The notes beneath the pieces were generated by a model. The model searched no databases, was not told where the DNA came from, and was given only the letters and a program-made list of their open reading frames with translations. A stretch of DNA of 62,696 nucleotides from an uncultured Bacilli bacterium (GTDB taxonomy: Bacteria > Bacillota_I > Bacilli_A > RF39 > UBA660), in contig CAKPFH010000001.1 of assembly GCA_934153655.1 (NCBI GenBank), positions 1-62,696 of the forward strand, in the 5' to 3' direction. The translations under genes were made by a program, and so were the position numbers. Below are positions 1 through 10,400 of this stretch, one piece after another (position 1 is the first letter of the stretch; each line of letters opens with the position of its first letter).

Positions 1-26
1 AAAATTTTTAATTTTACTATTGACTT

Positions 27-725
27 TTAATAGTTAGACTCCTTATATTCATCACTTTTTGATAAATTATGTATCTTCTTACTATAAAAATTTAACTCAT
101 CATACTTAGAAAATTTCTTTAGTTCATCTTCTGTATTAACAGTTAATAATTTATATAAATTATCATAATTTTCAAGATTATCATACCCTAATTTGGCATA
201 ATAATCAAGATTTATATTGATAATTTTCATAAGATAATCCATTTTATATCTTTCTTTGTAAACATCATCAAGTGGATATTCATAAAAAATTACTTTTTTA
301 GATGGAACTTTTTCACTTATGCCTTTGTTCCTATACCAATTTAAATTAACTAAAATAGTTTTATAAATATTTTCAGGTATAAATCCATAATAGGTAGCAT
401 TATCAATATTATAGTAATTAGATAAACCATTTAAAGAATATAAAACATTTCTTAGATAAAAACCATCATAGTTATTATTAAGTTCAATTATTATCTTTTG
501 ATTTTCATATTCAACTACTAAATCAACATATTTTGATCTTTCTTTTTCATTAGTTCTAGGTAATCTTATATTAATAACTTTTACTTTTCCTTTAACCTTA
601 GAAACATCACATTCAAGTATTTGAGATGCTGTCCACTCTAATAAACTCATATCATTTTCATTAAATAAATCGTGAAATAAAATATCACTTCTAACTTGTA
701 AAATCTCGTTTTTCTTATTCTCCAT
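27..725 (-). CDS. PD-(D/E)XK nuclease-family putative transposase (Rpn/YhgA-like)
   Basis: 232-aa ORF with GGAGG just upstream of the ATG at 725. It has an N-terminal SDILFHDLF motif and a D...E-x-K-like core (KYVDLVVEYENQKIIIELN) as in Rpn/PDDEXK_2 proteins. Recognised by eye only. Confidence 0.5.
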   Translation of the reverse strand: MENKKNEILQVRSDILFHDLFNENDMSLLEWTASQILECDVSKVKGKVKVINIRLPRTNEKERSKYVDLVVEYENQKIIIELNNNYDGFYLRNVLYSLNGLSNYYNIDNATYYGFIPENIYKTILVNLNWYRNKGISEKVPSKKVIFYEYPLDDVYKERYKMDYLMKIININLDYYAKLGYDNLENYDNLYKLLTVNTEDELKKFSKYDELNFYSKKIHNLSKSDEYKESNY

Positions 726-1171
726 AAACCTCCTAAATAAATTTTCCTGCAGGTAAAATCATCTTATCAATTTATAAGAAACTCGTCAAATTGATGATTT
801 TTTGATTTGCTAAATTTTTTTTAGCAAATTCGGGATTTAAAGGCCAAAAAATGGGCTTTACCTAACAATTTGTTAAATAAAACCCTTGCAAATTCCAAAA
901 TTATATTTTTTAAAAAAAATTTAAATTTACATACATTTAATACATCTTTATTATATTTAATCTAACAACCTTTTTCTTTAAAAGCGATTACTATTTTAGT
1001 AATTTCATAATAAGATAACATACTCATATTTAAAGTTTTATCAAACTTTCTAGGTCTTAGAAGCAATAAAACTTCACTTGCATCATCAATAATATTTTTA
1101 ACATTTATAATAATCCCTCCTGTTAATTATTCATTATATAATGATACCATCAAAACTCAATGTTTTAATGG

Positions 1172-1199
1172 TATAAAACTACTTTCTAAAAGAAAGTAG
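1172..1199 (-). terminator. Intrinsic terminator downstream of the 660-aa surface protein gene
   Basis: Perfect 9-bp stem (ctactttct/agaaagtag, 1179-1187 and 1191-1199) with a 3-nt loop, followed on the minus strand by UUUUAU. Confidence 0.55.
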
Positions 1200-1207
1200 C
1201 AAAGAGT

Positions 1208-3190
1208 TTAATATTTTAAAGCTATTGTAAATGGATTACTTTTAGTTCCAGCTCCACCTGTTATAACGATATTTGATTTTAGATTAATAGATGGGCGAGC
1301 AGCATGGCTATTAGACGGATAGCTGTAGTTGCCGTAACCGCCGCTGATAACGTACCAAACATAAGAAGGGCTAACAGGTGGTGTTATTAACCAAATAGTA
1401 CTTGAACTATTATAACCGTTTCCTTGTTGACTTGCAAACATTTCTCCATATCTTGGTAATCCTACTAAACCTGTCCATATAGTTGTTGTTTTAATACAAG
1501 TTTTTGTTGTTTCATTTGTATTATTTGTATTACATAAAGAATTTTTATAACTTATTCCCCTAGATACTTGCTTTATATAATATGTTCCTTTGTCTAACAT
1601 ATTTTTTGATGCTAAACTATTATACCAAGTATTGTTCAAATAATAATCCCAGTAATCGTCACTTGTACCATTTCCATAAGTTGTACTTGTACTAAATTGT
1701 TTAGTTAATTTTGTTGTTCCATCTTTTATATAATCATTTTTATTTAATTTAACTTTTCCATCTTCAATTGATACTATTCTATATAACTCATTTGTTGAAA
1801 TATCTCCATCTTCATCAAACACTACATACTCACCTATTGTTCTGGTATTTAATAATGTAGTATTTATAGTTGGTTGTTCCTTATCTCCTGATATTGTATA
1901 TGGATCATCTTTCGTTCCTGATCCACCCGAAAGTTGGATATCAGATTTTAGATTAATAGACGGGCGAGCAGCATAGCTATTAGACGGAGTGTAGCTGTAG
2001 TTGCCGTTACCGATGTAGTAAACGCTCCAAACAGTAGAAGAGCTATATGGATTTAATAACCACCACCAATATCCTATATTTAAATAACCAGAGCCATAAC
2101 TTGTATTTTTATAACTTAAATAATATTCATAACTGTTCAAAAGTCCTACAGGAGTATTCTTACCAATTGTCGAATTATTTATTAAAGTTGTTTCAGGTAA
2201 TTTAGTGCTTATTGCACTTGTACTACTTGTATTAGAATTTGTTATATTCCAAGTACTATTTTCTACTATTATATTTTGATAATTATATAAAGTATCTAAG
2301 AAATCTTCGTTTAACCATTGATACATGTACGAACCAGTATAAGTTGTGTCATCTTTTTTAGATATATCATAAAAATTTATATCATTATCTTGATTATAAG
2401 AAATAGTTGTAATTGGATCATCTGTTATCATTTTCATTGTTCCATCTGGATTTATGGCTGTTATTCTCCATAGTTTACCGGAATACCAAACATAGTTAAA
2501 GTTTATACAATCTTTTGTTCCTGATACATAAGTTATTCCATCTTCTTCCAAATAAGTTTTACATGTGTCTGTTTGTTTTTCCTTTAAATCATTTATAAAT
2601 ATATGAGATAATTCTTTGTTAGTATCATTATAAGCATAAATATTTACATTAAACTTAAATGTTTGAGATACACTATTTTGTTCATAATCTTTATCAATCC
2701 AAGCATATAGTCTATATTTATTAGTTTTAGTTCCTGGATTATTACCAATATAAATAACTTTACCTATTTGTTTATCTGCTTGATAAGTAGTATTTTCTAA
2801 ACTATTATATATTTTAGGACTTACTACTTGATTATTATTTTCATCTGTTAAAAAAACTTTAATATAATTACTATCTAAAGTATTAGTAGTATCACCTGTT
2901 AAATATAATTCATAGGAAATTGCTTTATCTGGATTGTTTATAGTACTTGAAACTGTAAAATCTATATATGATAATTTATCTAGATTTTGTAAAGCAAATT
3001 CATCACTTATGGGGTAAGCATTTACCATTTTAATAGAATTAGTTCCACTTATAAATTCGGCTTTTATGATATCACTTGTTAAAGTAAATGCTTGAACACT
3101 TTTAGAATATGTAAAAAATGCATATGCTGATCCTAATAGTATTATTATTAAAAATATTATTCCAAATACTAAAGCTTTTTTATTTTTCAT
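1208..3190 (-). CDS. Signal-anchored surface protein with two repeat domains, each ending ...AARPSINLKS..GG.GTK..P(Y/F)TI
   Basis: 660-aa ORF with AAGAGG upstream of the ATG. It has a hydrophobic N-terminus (MKNKKALVFGIIFLIIILLGSAYA). The two paralogous domain ends each carry a GC-rich patch (see findings). The same domain type occurs in the partial ORF at the right window edge. Confidence 0.75.
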   Translation of the reverse strand: MKNKKALVFGIIFLIIILLGSAYAFFTYSKSVQAFTLTSDIIKAEFISGTNSIKMVNAYPISDEFALQNLDKLSYIDFTVSSTINNPDKAISYELYLTGDTTNTLDSNYIKVFLTDENNNQVVSPKIYNSLENTTYQADKQIGKVIYIGNNPGTKTNKYRLYAWIDKDYEQNSVSQTFKFNVNIYAYNDTNKELSHIFINDLKEKQTDTCKTYLEEDGITYVSGTKDCINFNYVWYSGKLWRITAINPDGTMKMITDDPITTISYNQDNDINFYDISKKDDTTYTGSYMYQWLNEDFLDTLYNYQNIIVENSTWNITNSNTSSTSAISTKLPETTLINNSTIGKNTPVGLLNSYEYYLSYKNTSYGSGYLNIGYWWWLLNPYSSSTVWSVYYIGNGNYSYTPSNSYAARPSINLKSDIQLSGGSGTKDDPYTISGDKEQPTINTTLLNTRTIGEYVVFDEDGDISTNELYRIVSIEDGKVKLNKNDYIKDGTTKLTKQFSTSTTYGNGTSDDYWDYYLNNTWYNSLASKNMLDKGTYYIKQVSRGISYKNSLCNTNNTNETTKTCIKTTTIWTGLVGLPRYGEMFASQQGNGYNSSSTIWLITPPVSPSYVWYVISGGYGNYSYPSNSHAARPSINLKSNIVITGGAGTKSNPFTIALKY

Positions 3191-3304
3191 ATATACCTCT
3201 TTTCTTCATAAAAAAATATGATTAAAATTATAGATATTTTCTATATTTTAATCATGTAATTTTCTTTATACTTTTTATTATTTTTAATCAACAAATTTGC
3301 TGTG

Positions 3305-3329
3305 ATATATATATATATATATATATATA
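3305..3329. repeat. (AT)12 dinucleotide microsatellite in the intergenic/promoter region
   Basis: Direct reading gives gtg-atatatatatatatatatatatata-g, about 115 bp upstream of the start codon at 3190. Confidence 0.95.
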
Positions 3330-3451
3330 GTTGTATAAGGGTTTTCGTAGTGTTATCTTGTCCATTTATATACATATATAATCACAGCCTTTCTATTATT
3401 AATATACTTAAATTATAAAATATTTTATTTAATTAATCAATATTTTTTTCA

Positions 3452-3475
3452 TTATTACATGAAAAAAATAGTAGC
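3452..3475 (-). terminator. Intrinsic terminator after the 3481-3897 ORF
   Basis: Stem aatagta/tactatt with a 5-nt loop, followed on the minus strand by a U-run. It begins 6 nt after the stop codon. Confidence 0.5.
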
Positions 3476-3480
3476 TAGTA

Positions 3481-3897
3481 CTATTTATTTTGCATCATAT
3501 TAAGTAAATTAATTTTAAACATATCTTTTTCAGGATGTGCTTTACTAATCATGACACCTTTATAAGCTGTAAGTTCAGCACGATGTCCTTCTTCTAGAAT
3601 ACCATCAGGTGTAATATTAGTTAAAAGAACAATTTTCTTATCTGTATAAACAGTATAATGTAATCTAATTTCTCCATGAACTTTAACAAACATTTCATCA
3701 GTAGGTAAAACTAATTCATAACTTAAAGTATTTTTATCACTTGCAATTAATTCACCTAAGAATTCACCATTTCTAATTTTAGGATAATATTCAAATGTTA
3801 ACTTTTTATAAGCTAACATATTATACTTTCTAACAGATCTTTCTTTCTTTCTAAAATCATTTTCATTTTGGTATTCAAATATATAACCTTGTTTCAT
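3481..3897 (-). CDS. Hypothetical protein
   Basis: The ORF track extends to a TTG at 3960. The ATG at 3897 (MKQGYIFEY...) has an AGGGG-type RBS and is the more likely start. No family was recognised. Confidence 0.5.
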   Translation of the reverse strand: MKQGYIFEYQNENDFRKKERSVRKYNMLAYKKLTFEYYPKIRNGEFLGELIASDKNTLSYELVLPTDEMFVKVHGEIRLHYTVYTDKKIVLLTNITPDGILEEGHRAELTAYKGVMISKAHPEKDMFKINLLNMMQNK

Positions 3898-3995
3898 ATC
3901 CAAAACCCCTTTCAAACCCCTTATTTCATAGATTTTCTTGATAATACCCCTATCTATCAAGTTCTCGTTAATTATACTATAAGACGTTTAAAAAG

Positions 3996-4892
3996 TCAAA
4001 CTTTATTTAAATTTTTCTTATATTTTTGTACTAATACTACAATTTTTCGAAGATAAACCAAATAATTATTAATATTATAACAATCTTTATAAGTATTTCT
4101 AGTAAATTCTATCTTTTTTAAATTAGCAAGTTTTATTAAAAATAATAAGTATTCATCTTCATCTATTTTATATTCTTTTTCATATTCTCTTAAAAATTCT
4201 TCTAAATCTAAATCATAGTAATTATCTTGATATAACTTTATAATATCATTTATAGGCATATCTTGTTTAGATTTATCCCAACTAATTAAATATTTATTAT
4301 TATTTTCAATTAAATGACTAGTATCTAAGTTATTATGAATTAAACTATATTTGATACTTTTTTTATTCTTAAGTAAATCATACCAGATATTAATTTTTTC
4401 TTTAGAAAAATCTAATAAATAATAAATTACATCCATATTAGAAACTAATAAATATTCACTTGGAGACATAAATACTTTAGTATCTATATAATTATTTAAA
4501 TCTTCATAATAACTTCTTAAATAATCAATATTTTTTACAATACTTTCATACATTTCTTTTAATTCATCTAAATCTATTTCTCTTGTAAAAGAAGTAGTTC
4601 GATGTAATATTCCACTTAAATGGATTAAATCACTTACTTTTTGTTCTCTTGGTATATCAAAAGAATCAATATATTCTACTAATTCTCCTTTAGAATTACT
4701 ACTTATACATCTAGGAAAATAATTAAATCCTCTTGTTTTTAAATATTCATAGATATCATAGTTATTAGTATTTTCTTTATAAACATATTTACCTTTATTA
4801 GTATCTAAAATAATTACTCTATTAAGTTTTTTTAAACCTTTTAATTTAATATTATTATCACATAAAACTTTTTTTAAATTATTCATCAACAC
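3996..4892 (-). CDS. ysxE: CotS/YsxE-family spore coat kinase-like protein
   Basis: 298 aa with an aminoglycoside-phosphotransferase-like motif (LIHNNLDTSHLI...ISWDKS). It lies immediately downstream of, and overlaps, a SpoVID-like gene, which reproduces the Bacillus subtilis spoVID-ysxE arrangement. Confidence 0.6.
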   Translation of the reverse strand: MLMNNLKKVLCDNNIKLKGLKKLNRVIILDTNKGKYVYKENTNNYDIYEYLKTRGFNYFPRCISSNSKGELVEYIDSFDIPREQKVSDLIHLSGILHRTTSFTREIDLDELKEMYESIVKNIDYLRSYYEDLNNYIDTKVFMSPSEYLLVSNMDVIYYLLDFSKEKINIWYDLLKNKKSIKYSLIHNNLDTSHLIENNNKYLISWDKSKQDMPINDIIKLYQDNYYDLDLEEFLREYEKEYKIDEDEYLLFLIKLANLKKIEFTRNTYKDCYNINNYLVYLRKIVVLVQKYKKNLNKV

Positions 4893-5550
4893 TTGGTATT
4901 ATTATTTTAGAACCAACTTTTAAATTATCTAAATCATTATACATTGCAAGTATTTCTTTATTAATATTATATTTTTCATAAATATATTCTAAAGTATCAT
5001 CTTCTTTCATAGTATAAACTCGGTAAATTGAATATTCTAAAGTATCATCAGGAGTAAATAATTCTTTTTCTATTTCTTTAGTATTATTAACATTTATATT
5101 ATTATTAATATTAGTATCATTTTCATTTTTACTTGAAATAGCATCTATATTATCATTTATATCATTATCTAACATTAAGTATTCTTTATCAACTCGGTTA
5201 TCTACTTTAATTTCTTCTATTTCATCTTCTTTAATATCTAAATCATCTAACATTAAACTTATATTTACTCTTAGTTTTTCTTCATTTATAATTTCATATG
5301 AGAAATCATCTATACTTACTTGACAATTAGTAGTATCATATTTAGTATCAATAGTTACAAATGATGGAATATTATATTTAAATTCTTCTTCTAGATCTCC
5401 TCCTATCATTTTATAAGTACCACTTATAATAAATTCTCCTGTTATTAAGTTCTTATCTAATTTTAAAGTATTATCAAGGGCAATTGAAGTTATTTCTGAA
5501 ATACCATTTTTAAATACTAATTCTTTGGTAAAAGGTACAATTTTTTTCAT
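4879..5550 (-). CDS. spoVID: SpoVID-like sporulation protein with a C-terminal LysM domain
   Basis: The N-terminal region resembles the SpoVID N-domain layout, the middle is low-complexity and N/D-rich, and the C-terminus is LysM-like (YRVYTMKEDDTLEYIYEKYNINKEILAMYNDLDNLKVGSKIIIP). It is syntenic with the ysxE-like gene. Confidence 0.6.
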   Translation of the reverse strand: MKKIVPFTKELVFKNGISEITSIALDNTLKLDKNLITGEFIISGTYKMIGGDLEEEFKYNIPSFVTIDTKYDTTNCQVSIDDFSYEIINEEKLRVNISLMLDDLDIKEDEIEEIKVDNRVDKEYLMLDNDINDNIDAISSKNENDTNINNNINVNNTKEIEKELFTPDDTLEYSIYRVYTMKEDDTLEYIYEKYNINKEILAMYNDLDNLKVGSKIIIPSVDE

Positions 5551-5608
5551 ATATCCTCCGTTTCAATTAATCATATGTATTTATTTTTTTTATATAACAA
5601 AAAAAGTA

Positions 5609-6148
5609 TTAGTTATATAAATTATTTTCTTTTATATAAGCTAATACTTCTTTATCTAAATTAACTAATTCTTTTCTTGAAATAGTTGATGATCCTAAAT
5701 ATTCTTTATTTATAATAATTATTTTATTAAGATAATTATTATAATTTGTTAAAACATAATTATTAAGATCAAAGTTATTTCTTTTAATAACTATTAAATA
5801 ATATTTATTAAGAATATCTTGATAATTTAAAAAACTATTAAATTTTAAGAATAAATCACTTCCCATTAAGATATGGGTAATATTTAAATTTAGTTTTTCT
5901 AGAATTTTATAATTAAAGAAACCATCATCTGTATAATTTAAAATATTTAAAACTTTGGTTTTAGGATTATTTTTAAGAGATAGATTTAACATATTTATTC
6001 TATTAGTTATACTAGTTGTTTGTTTTTTACTATTAACTGGTAAAAAGTATGCGAAGTCAACTTTCTTTTCTTTTAATAAATCAAGAACTATATTTAAATG
6101 AGAATTAGTAATAGGATCAAATGAACCTACATATAAACATGTTTTCAT
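5609..6148 (-). CDS. nadD: Nicotinate-nucleotide adenylyltransferase
   Basis: Contains GSFDPITNSHL (the GxFDPxHxGH class), a GSSTISR (ISSTxIR-like) motif, and a C-terminal YIKENNLY matching the NadD YIERNGLY ending. Confidence 0.7.
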   Translation of the reverse strand: MKTCLYVGSFDPITNSHLNIVLDLLKEKKVDFAYFLPVNSKKQTTSITNRINMLNLSLKNNPKTKVLNILNYTDDGFFNYKILEKLNLNITHILMGSDLFLKFNSFLNYQDILNKYYLIVIKRNNFDLNNYVLTNYNNYLNKIIIINKEYLGSSTISRKELVNLDKEVLAYIKENNLYN

Positions 6149-6162
6149 TATTAAAAAAGATA

Positions 6163-6345
6163 CTACTCAGCATCTTTTTTAATAATTTCTTCTTTCTTAT
6201 AATGTCCACAGTTTTTGCAAACACGATGTGGTTTAATTACTTCTCCACAATTAGAACAAGTTGTAACAGTTTTTGCTTCTAGAGCATTGTGTGCTCTTCT
6301 CATTCTTTTTCTTGTTTTTGAAACTTTTCTAAATGGTACTGCCAT
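6163..6345 (-). CDS. rpmF: 50S ribosomal protein L32
   Basis: MAVPFRKVSKTRKRMRRAH... followed by a CxxC...CxxC zinc ribbon; 60 aa. Confidence 0.97.
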   Translation of the reverse strand: MAVPFRKVSKTRKRMRRAHNALEAKTVTTCSNCGEVIKPHRVCKNCGHYKKEEIIKKDAE

Positions 6346-6360
6346 AGTATCGCTCCTTTC

Positions 6361-6792
6361 TTATTCTTTAAAGAAATCTTTAAATGGATTATTTACTTCA
6401 CGAACTTCCTCTTCCAAATAAACATCTTTATATTTATTCTTCAACTCATGTGGATCACTAGTTGTATACCTAATAGGAATTTCCAATACAATATAATGCC
6501 ATAAAAATTCAATTAAATCAAGTGTTTTTAGTGAATTTTCTAAAATTTCTTCAATTTCTATTTCAAAATCATAAGGAACTGCTTCAGTTGTAATTGCATC
6601 AGTTATCATCATAGTTCCTTTAACTTTTAACTCAATTACATTATTTTTTTCATAATCAACATAAATACTACCATTTACTTTAACATTATTAAGTTCTAAA
6701 ATATCAGAATCTTTTAAGTAATCTTTAGAATAACTAATAGTATCATCTATTAATATCTTATCTTTATAATTTAACTCATTTAGATCTATCAT
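6361..6792 (-). CDS. yceD: YceD/DUF177 family protein (large-subunit rRNA accumulation protein)
   Basis: 143 aa, acidic, and immediately upstream of rpmF, which is a conserved yceD-rpmF pairing. Confidence 0.8.
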   Translation of the reverse strand: MIDLNELNYKDKILIDDTISYSKDYLKDSDILELNNVKVNGSIYVDYEKNNVIELKVKGTMMITDAITTEAVPYDFEIEIEEILENSLKTLDLIEFLWHYIVLEIPIRYTTSDPHELKNKYKDVYLEEEVREVNNPFKDFFKE

Positions 6793-6839
6793 ATTTCCTC
6801 CAGTACCTGTATTATAATATAAAACTTTAAAGAAAGCAA

Positions 6840-7469
6840 TTAATTATCAGAAGAAAATATTTTACAATTAATATAAGTTACATAATTATAAGTATCATAA
6901 TTTTTAGAAACTACAACATATGATTCATCTAAAGAACAACCATATTCTTTTTCATGAAAAATAGTAAGTTTTTTATTTAAATATTTTTCAATATCATTAA
7001 CTGTTAAAGTAGTATCAGTAAATGTTTCCGAAATATAATTTTTTTCTATTACTTCTTTAGCACTTTCTTGTAACAATCTTGTCATCTTTGCATCTAAATT
7101 AACATTATCAACCATTTTAATATTAGAATTATAATCTTTATAATAATAAGACTTAGGTATTTCTTTAAAATTAGAATCTTGATTATATTCATAAGTTTTA
7201 GTTTCATTAACACCTAAATTATCTATTTCAACTATAGTAGTCATAATTACTTCTTTTTTAGTATTTTCAAAGAATAAAACTATTTTTTTATTTTTAAGAG
7301 TTTTACCTGAGATATTGGTATAATCAATAGTTAAAGAGTTATCAGTTGTAACTAGATTAGAAAGTTTAATTTCTAATCTAGTCTTACTAATTAAAGGTAT
7401 TAAAATTAAGATAATTCCTAAAATAAATAATATTATTGCTATTATTGTTAATATTTTTTTATTTTTCAT
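6840..7469 (-). CDS. N-terminally membrane-anchored hypothetical protein (last gene of the pilin-like cluster)
   Basis: The start was refined to the ATG at 7469 (MKNKKILTIIAIILFILGIILILIPL), which is preceded by AGGAGGGG. The longer track ORF overlaps the upstream gene. Confidence 0.65.
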   Translation of the reverse strand: MKNKKILTIIAIILFILGIILILIPLISKTRLEIKLSNLVTTDNSLTIDYTNISGKTLKNKKIVLFFENTKKEVIMTTIVEIDNLGVNETKTYEYNQDSNFKEIPKSYYYKDYNSNIKMVDNVNLDAKMTRLLQESAKEVIEKNYISETFTDTTLTVNDIEKYLNKKLTIFHEKEYGCSLDESYVVVSKNYDTYNYVTYINCKIFSSDN

Positions 7470-7477
7470 AACCCCTC

Positions 7478-10400
7478 CTATGTATGACAACAAGTTTTGT
7501 AAGTCTTGCAAGCAAATGATGTACATTTATAGATAGTCATATCAGCAACATATGCTGTATTAGCGCCTCCTCGCCAGTTAGTATAAGTAACTTTGATAAA
7601 GGCTCCAACTCCTCCGGAATAAGTACAATAATTTTTATATGCCCCTATTGCACTTGCTGATTGTATACCTGTTGAATGTTTTGACCAACTAGTACACCTA
7701 CTACAAGTACTTCCAGCAGTTGATGCTGAATAACGGACTGAGCAGCCACAGGAAGAAGAAGCATTTCTAACTTTAACTGATACTGTTTTAGATTGAGTTG
7801 ATGAACCTTCAGCATTTGCACAGGTTACATTTATAGTTTTAGAACCAGTTGAAGATAAGTTAATAGTTGATGTATAAGTGTTACCAGATGTAGATGGTGC
7901 ATAAGAAGTTGAACCAATTTTAGCTGAATATGAAGTTATTGGTAAATCTGATCTACAAGTAACAGTTGCTGTTGCTCCTTTTATATAAGAACCACTACAA
8001 GTTGATGAGTCACCATTAACGGAAATTGTAATATCAGGGGCTGTTGCTTCGGTATTTTTAACTAAAACATTTACAGTTTCTGTACAACCATATTTAGTTT
8101 TAAAAGTTACTGTTGCACTTTTGGTTTGATTAACTGGAACGCTTCCAGAAACAGCACTAATAACACCACCTTTTGTTGCTGTTACCAAAGATGAGTTACT
8201 ACTTATTGCATCCGTCATTGATCCACATTGATTAGCAATTGATAAATTTTGTTGCATCTTTCGTTTAGATGTATTAGATGTAATATTTAAAACAACATCA
8301 CTTGGAGTTATACTTAAAAGTTTATTATTGCTAGTACATGAATAAGTATAACCACAACTATCGGCATTTGGAGTTGATTTTAAAGTTAAATTACTTAAAG
8401 TACTATTATTTTTTCTATTACCAGCTGCCCAACCTATTTTAGAACCATATACAACGGGATACCAGGTATGACCATCTCTCCAAGTATACTTTGAACTTTG
8501 AATATAAACTAAATCACCTTTACCAATAGATGCTAATTGAGGATAATCAGTTCCTGGTCCAGATCTTAATTTTAAATTATTGCCCACATTTCCAACAGCA
8601 GTTGCATATTTGTCTTGCCATACTAAGAATAAAGTCTTATCATTTTCAAGATATATTTGATCCCCAAAACAAAATTCTACATTGTTGCCACTTTGATTTG
8701 ATGATAAACCAAGTAATTGATATCCGTGATATTTATCTCCCCCATTATTTCTACATACTTTACCATTAGCATAAGTTGGAATATTAAACATTGCCCCATC
8801 AGTATTATATATAGTTTTAGTTTCAGTTTTACTTGTTAAATTATCAGTTGTTACAGTTGTTGAACTATTAGTATTATATTTTAAAGTAACATTTTTGGAA
8901 GTAATTGCAAATAAATCAATATCATCATGAAGAGTTATTTTTTGTCCTTGCGAATAAGTTGCTGTATGACTACTTGAATTTTCAGACCAACCAATTATTG
9001 TCCAACCAGATCTTGTAATTGTTGGTAAAGTAATACTACATTCATCAGGTAATTCATCTCCATTATAAGCATATCCTGCTGTACAACTAAGTTTATTAGA
9101 TGATGTAGAAGTTGCTCCATTTAAGTTGAAAGTTGCATAATAAGTATTTTGCGAAATACTTCTTGTAATAGCATAATAGCTTGGTAATTCAGCATCACCA
9201 GTTGGTTTATAAATAGTTACACTTTGATTTGCTGAATAATTAGCACTTGTTAATGAATCTCCATCATCACTATAACCAAGAGCTGTAAAGCCACTCTTTG
9301 GTGTAATAGTTGGAAGTGTTATGTTACAAGATGAACCATTAGTTGAATTACAACATTCTTTAGTATCAGTTGTCTTACTTCCTATTTTACTTGCTCCATT
9401 TATATAAATATTAGCACATACTTCAACACTATTTATTACTAAAGTTCCCTTTTGATAAGTTGGATTATAGTTAATGTTACCTGATCCATTATTAATACTA
9501 ATATTACTTGGAGTAATTGTTCCAGTGGTTGTTACATTTGAAGTTGAAGGTGTTAAAGTAATGCTTGTTGCTGTATCTCCACTTACTAAATTACTAACTG
9601 TTATATAACCTACTCCTGTTGCTATACTACTACCATAAGTAATGGTTTGATTATTAGCTTTAACTGTAATACTTCGTTTATTAATAGTAAAGTTTTTAGT
9701 TGTACTACTTTTATAGTTACCTTTACCTGTTATAGTAACTGTTGCAGTTCCTGCATTTATATTATTAGAATAACTTAAAGTATAATCTGTATTTAAAGTT
9801 AAAGTTTTAGACCCATCCTTAATAGTTACATTTGGTTTCTTTTCAGTTTTATCATAAGTATAAGAAGTATTATCTAAACTAATTGTTAAAGAACCAATGG
9901 TTTTAGAAATTATACTAAAGTTTGTACTACCACTAAAAGTTAAATTATAATTATTTGCTAAGAAAGTTCCATTATTAGCTAAAGCAAGGGTTCCTTTATT
10001 AATTGGATATGAACCAATATTTTCTCCTGCTGTTCTTTGAAGAGTTCCTGTGAACTTAGGAGTTTCCCCTGATATATTTCCGGAATAATTATAAGTTAAA
10101 GTAGGATCTGATGCTCCATATATTTTACTTTGATTACTTTTAGCTGTTACAGTTAAAACTTTCTTGTTAATTGAACAACTTAAATATTTAGTTGTTGTAT
10201 TATCAGAAAAAGCATAGTTTGAATTAGCAACATACATTACCATATAAGCTTTAGCATCCTTACCTTCATTATTTTTAATGGTTACATTATTTCCACCTTT
10301 AGCTAAAACTTGAGTTGCTCCGTTATAAGTTAGACTGTTACAAGTTCCAAGAGTTGCTGTTGCTAAACGATTTATTACTAAAGTTCCCTTTTGATAAGTT

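Noticed and set aside
960-1110. Minus-strand open frame after a GGAGGG motif (…IINVKNIIDDASEVLLLLRPRKFDKTLNMSMLSYYEITKIVIAFKEKGC).
   Set aside because: The frame has no ATG, GTG or TTG at a workable distance from the RBS-like motif, and the only ATG frame stops after 15 codons. It may be a gene remnant but cannot be supported as a CDS.
3868-6421. Plus-strand ORFs 3868-4056 and 6215-6421.
   Set aside because: They overlap the ysxE-like gene, the hypothetical gene and the rpmF/yceD genes on the opposite strand. rpmF is unambiguous, so these are shadow ORFs.
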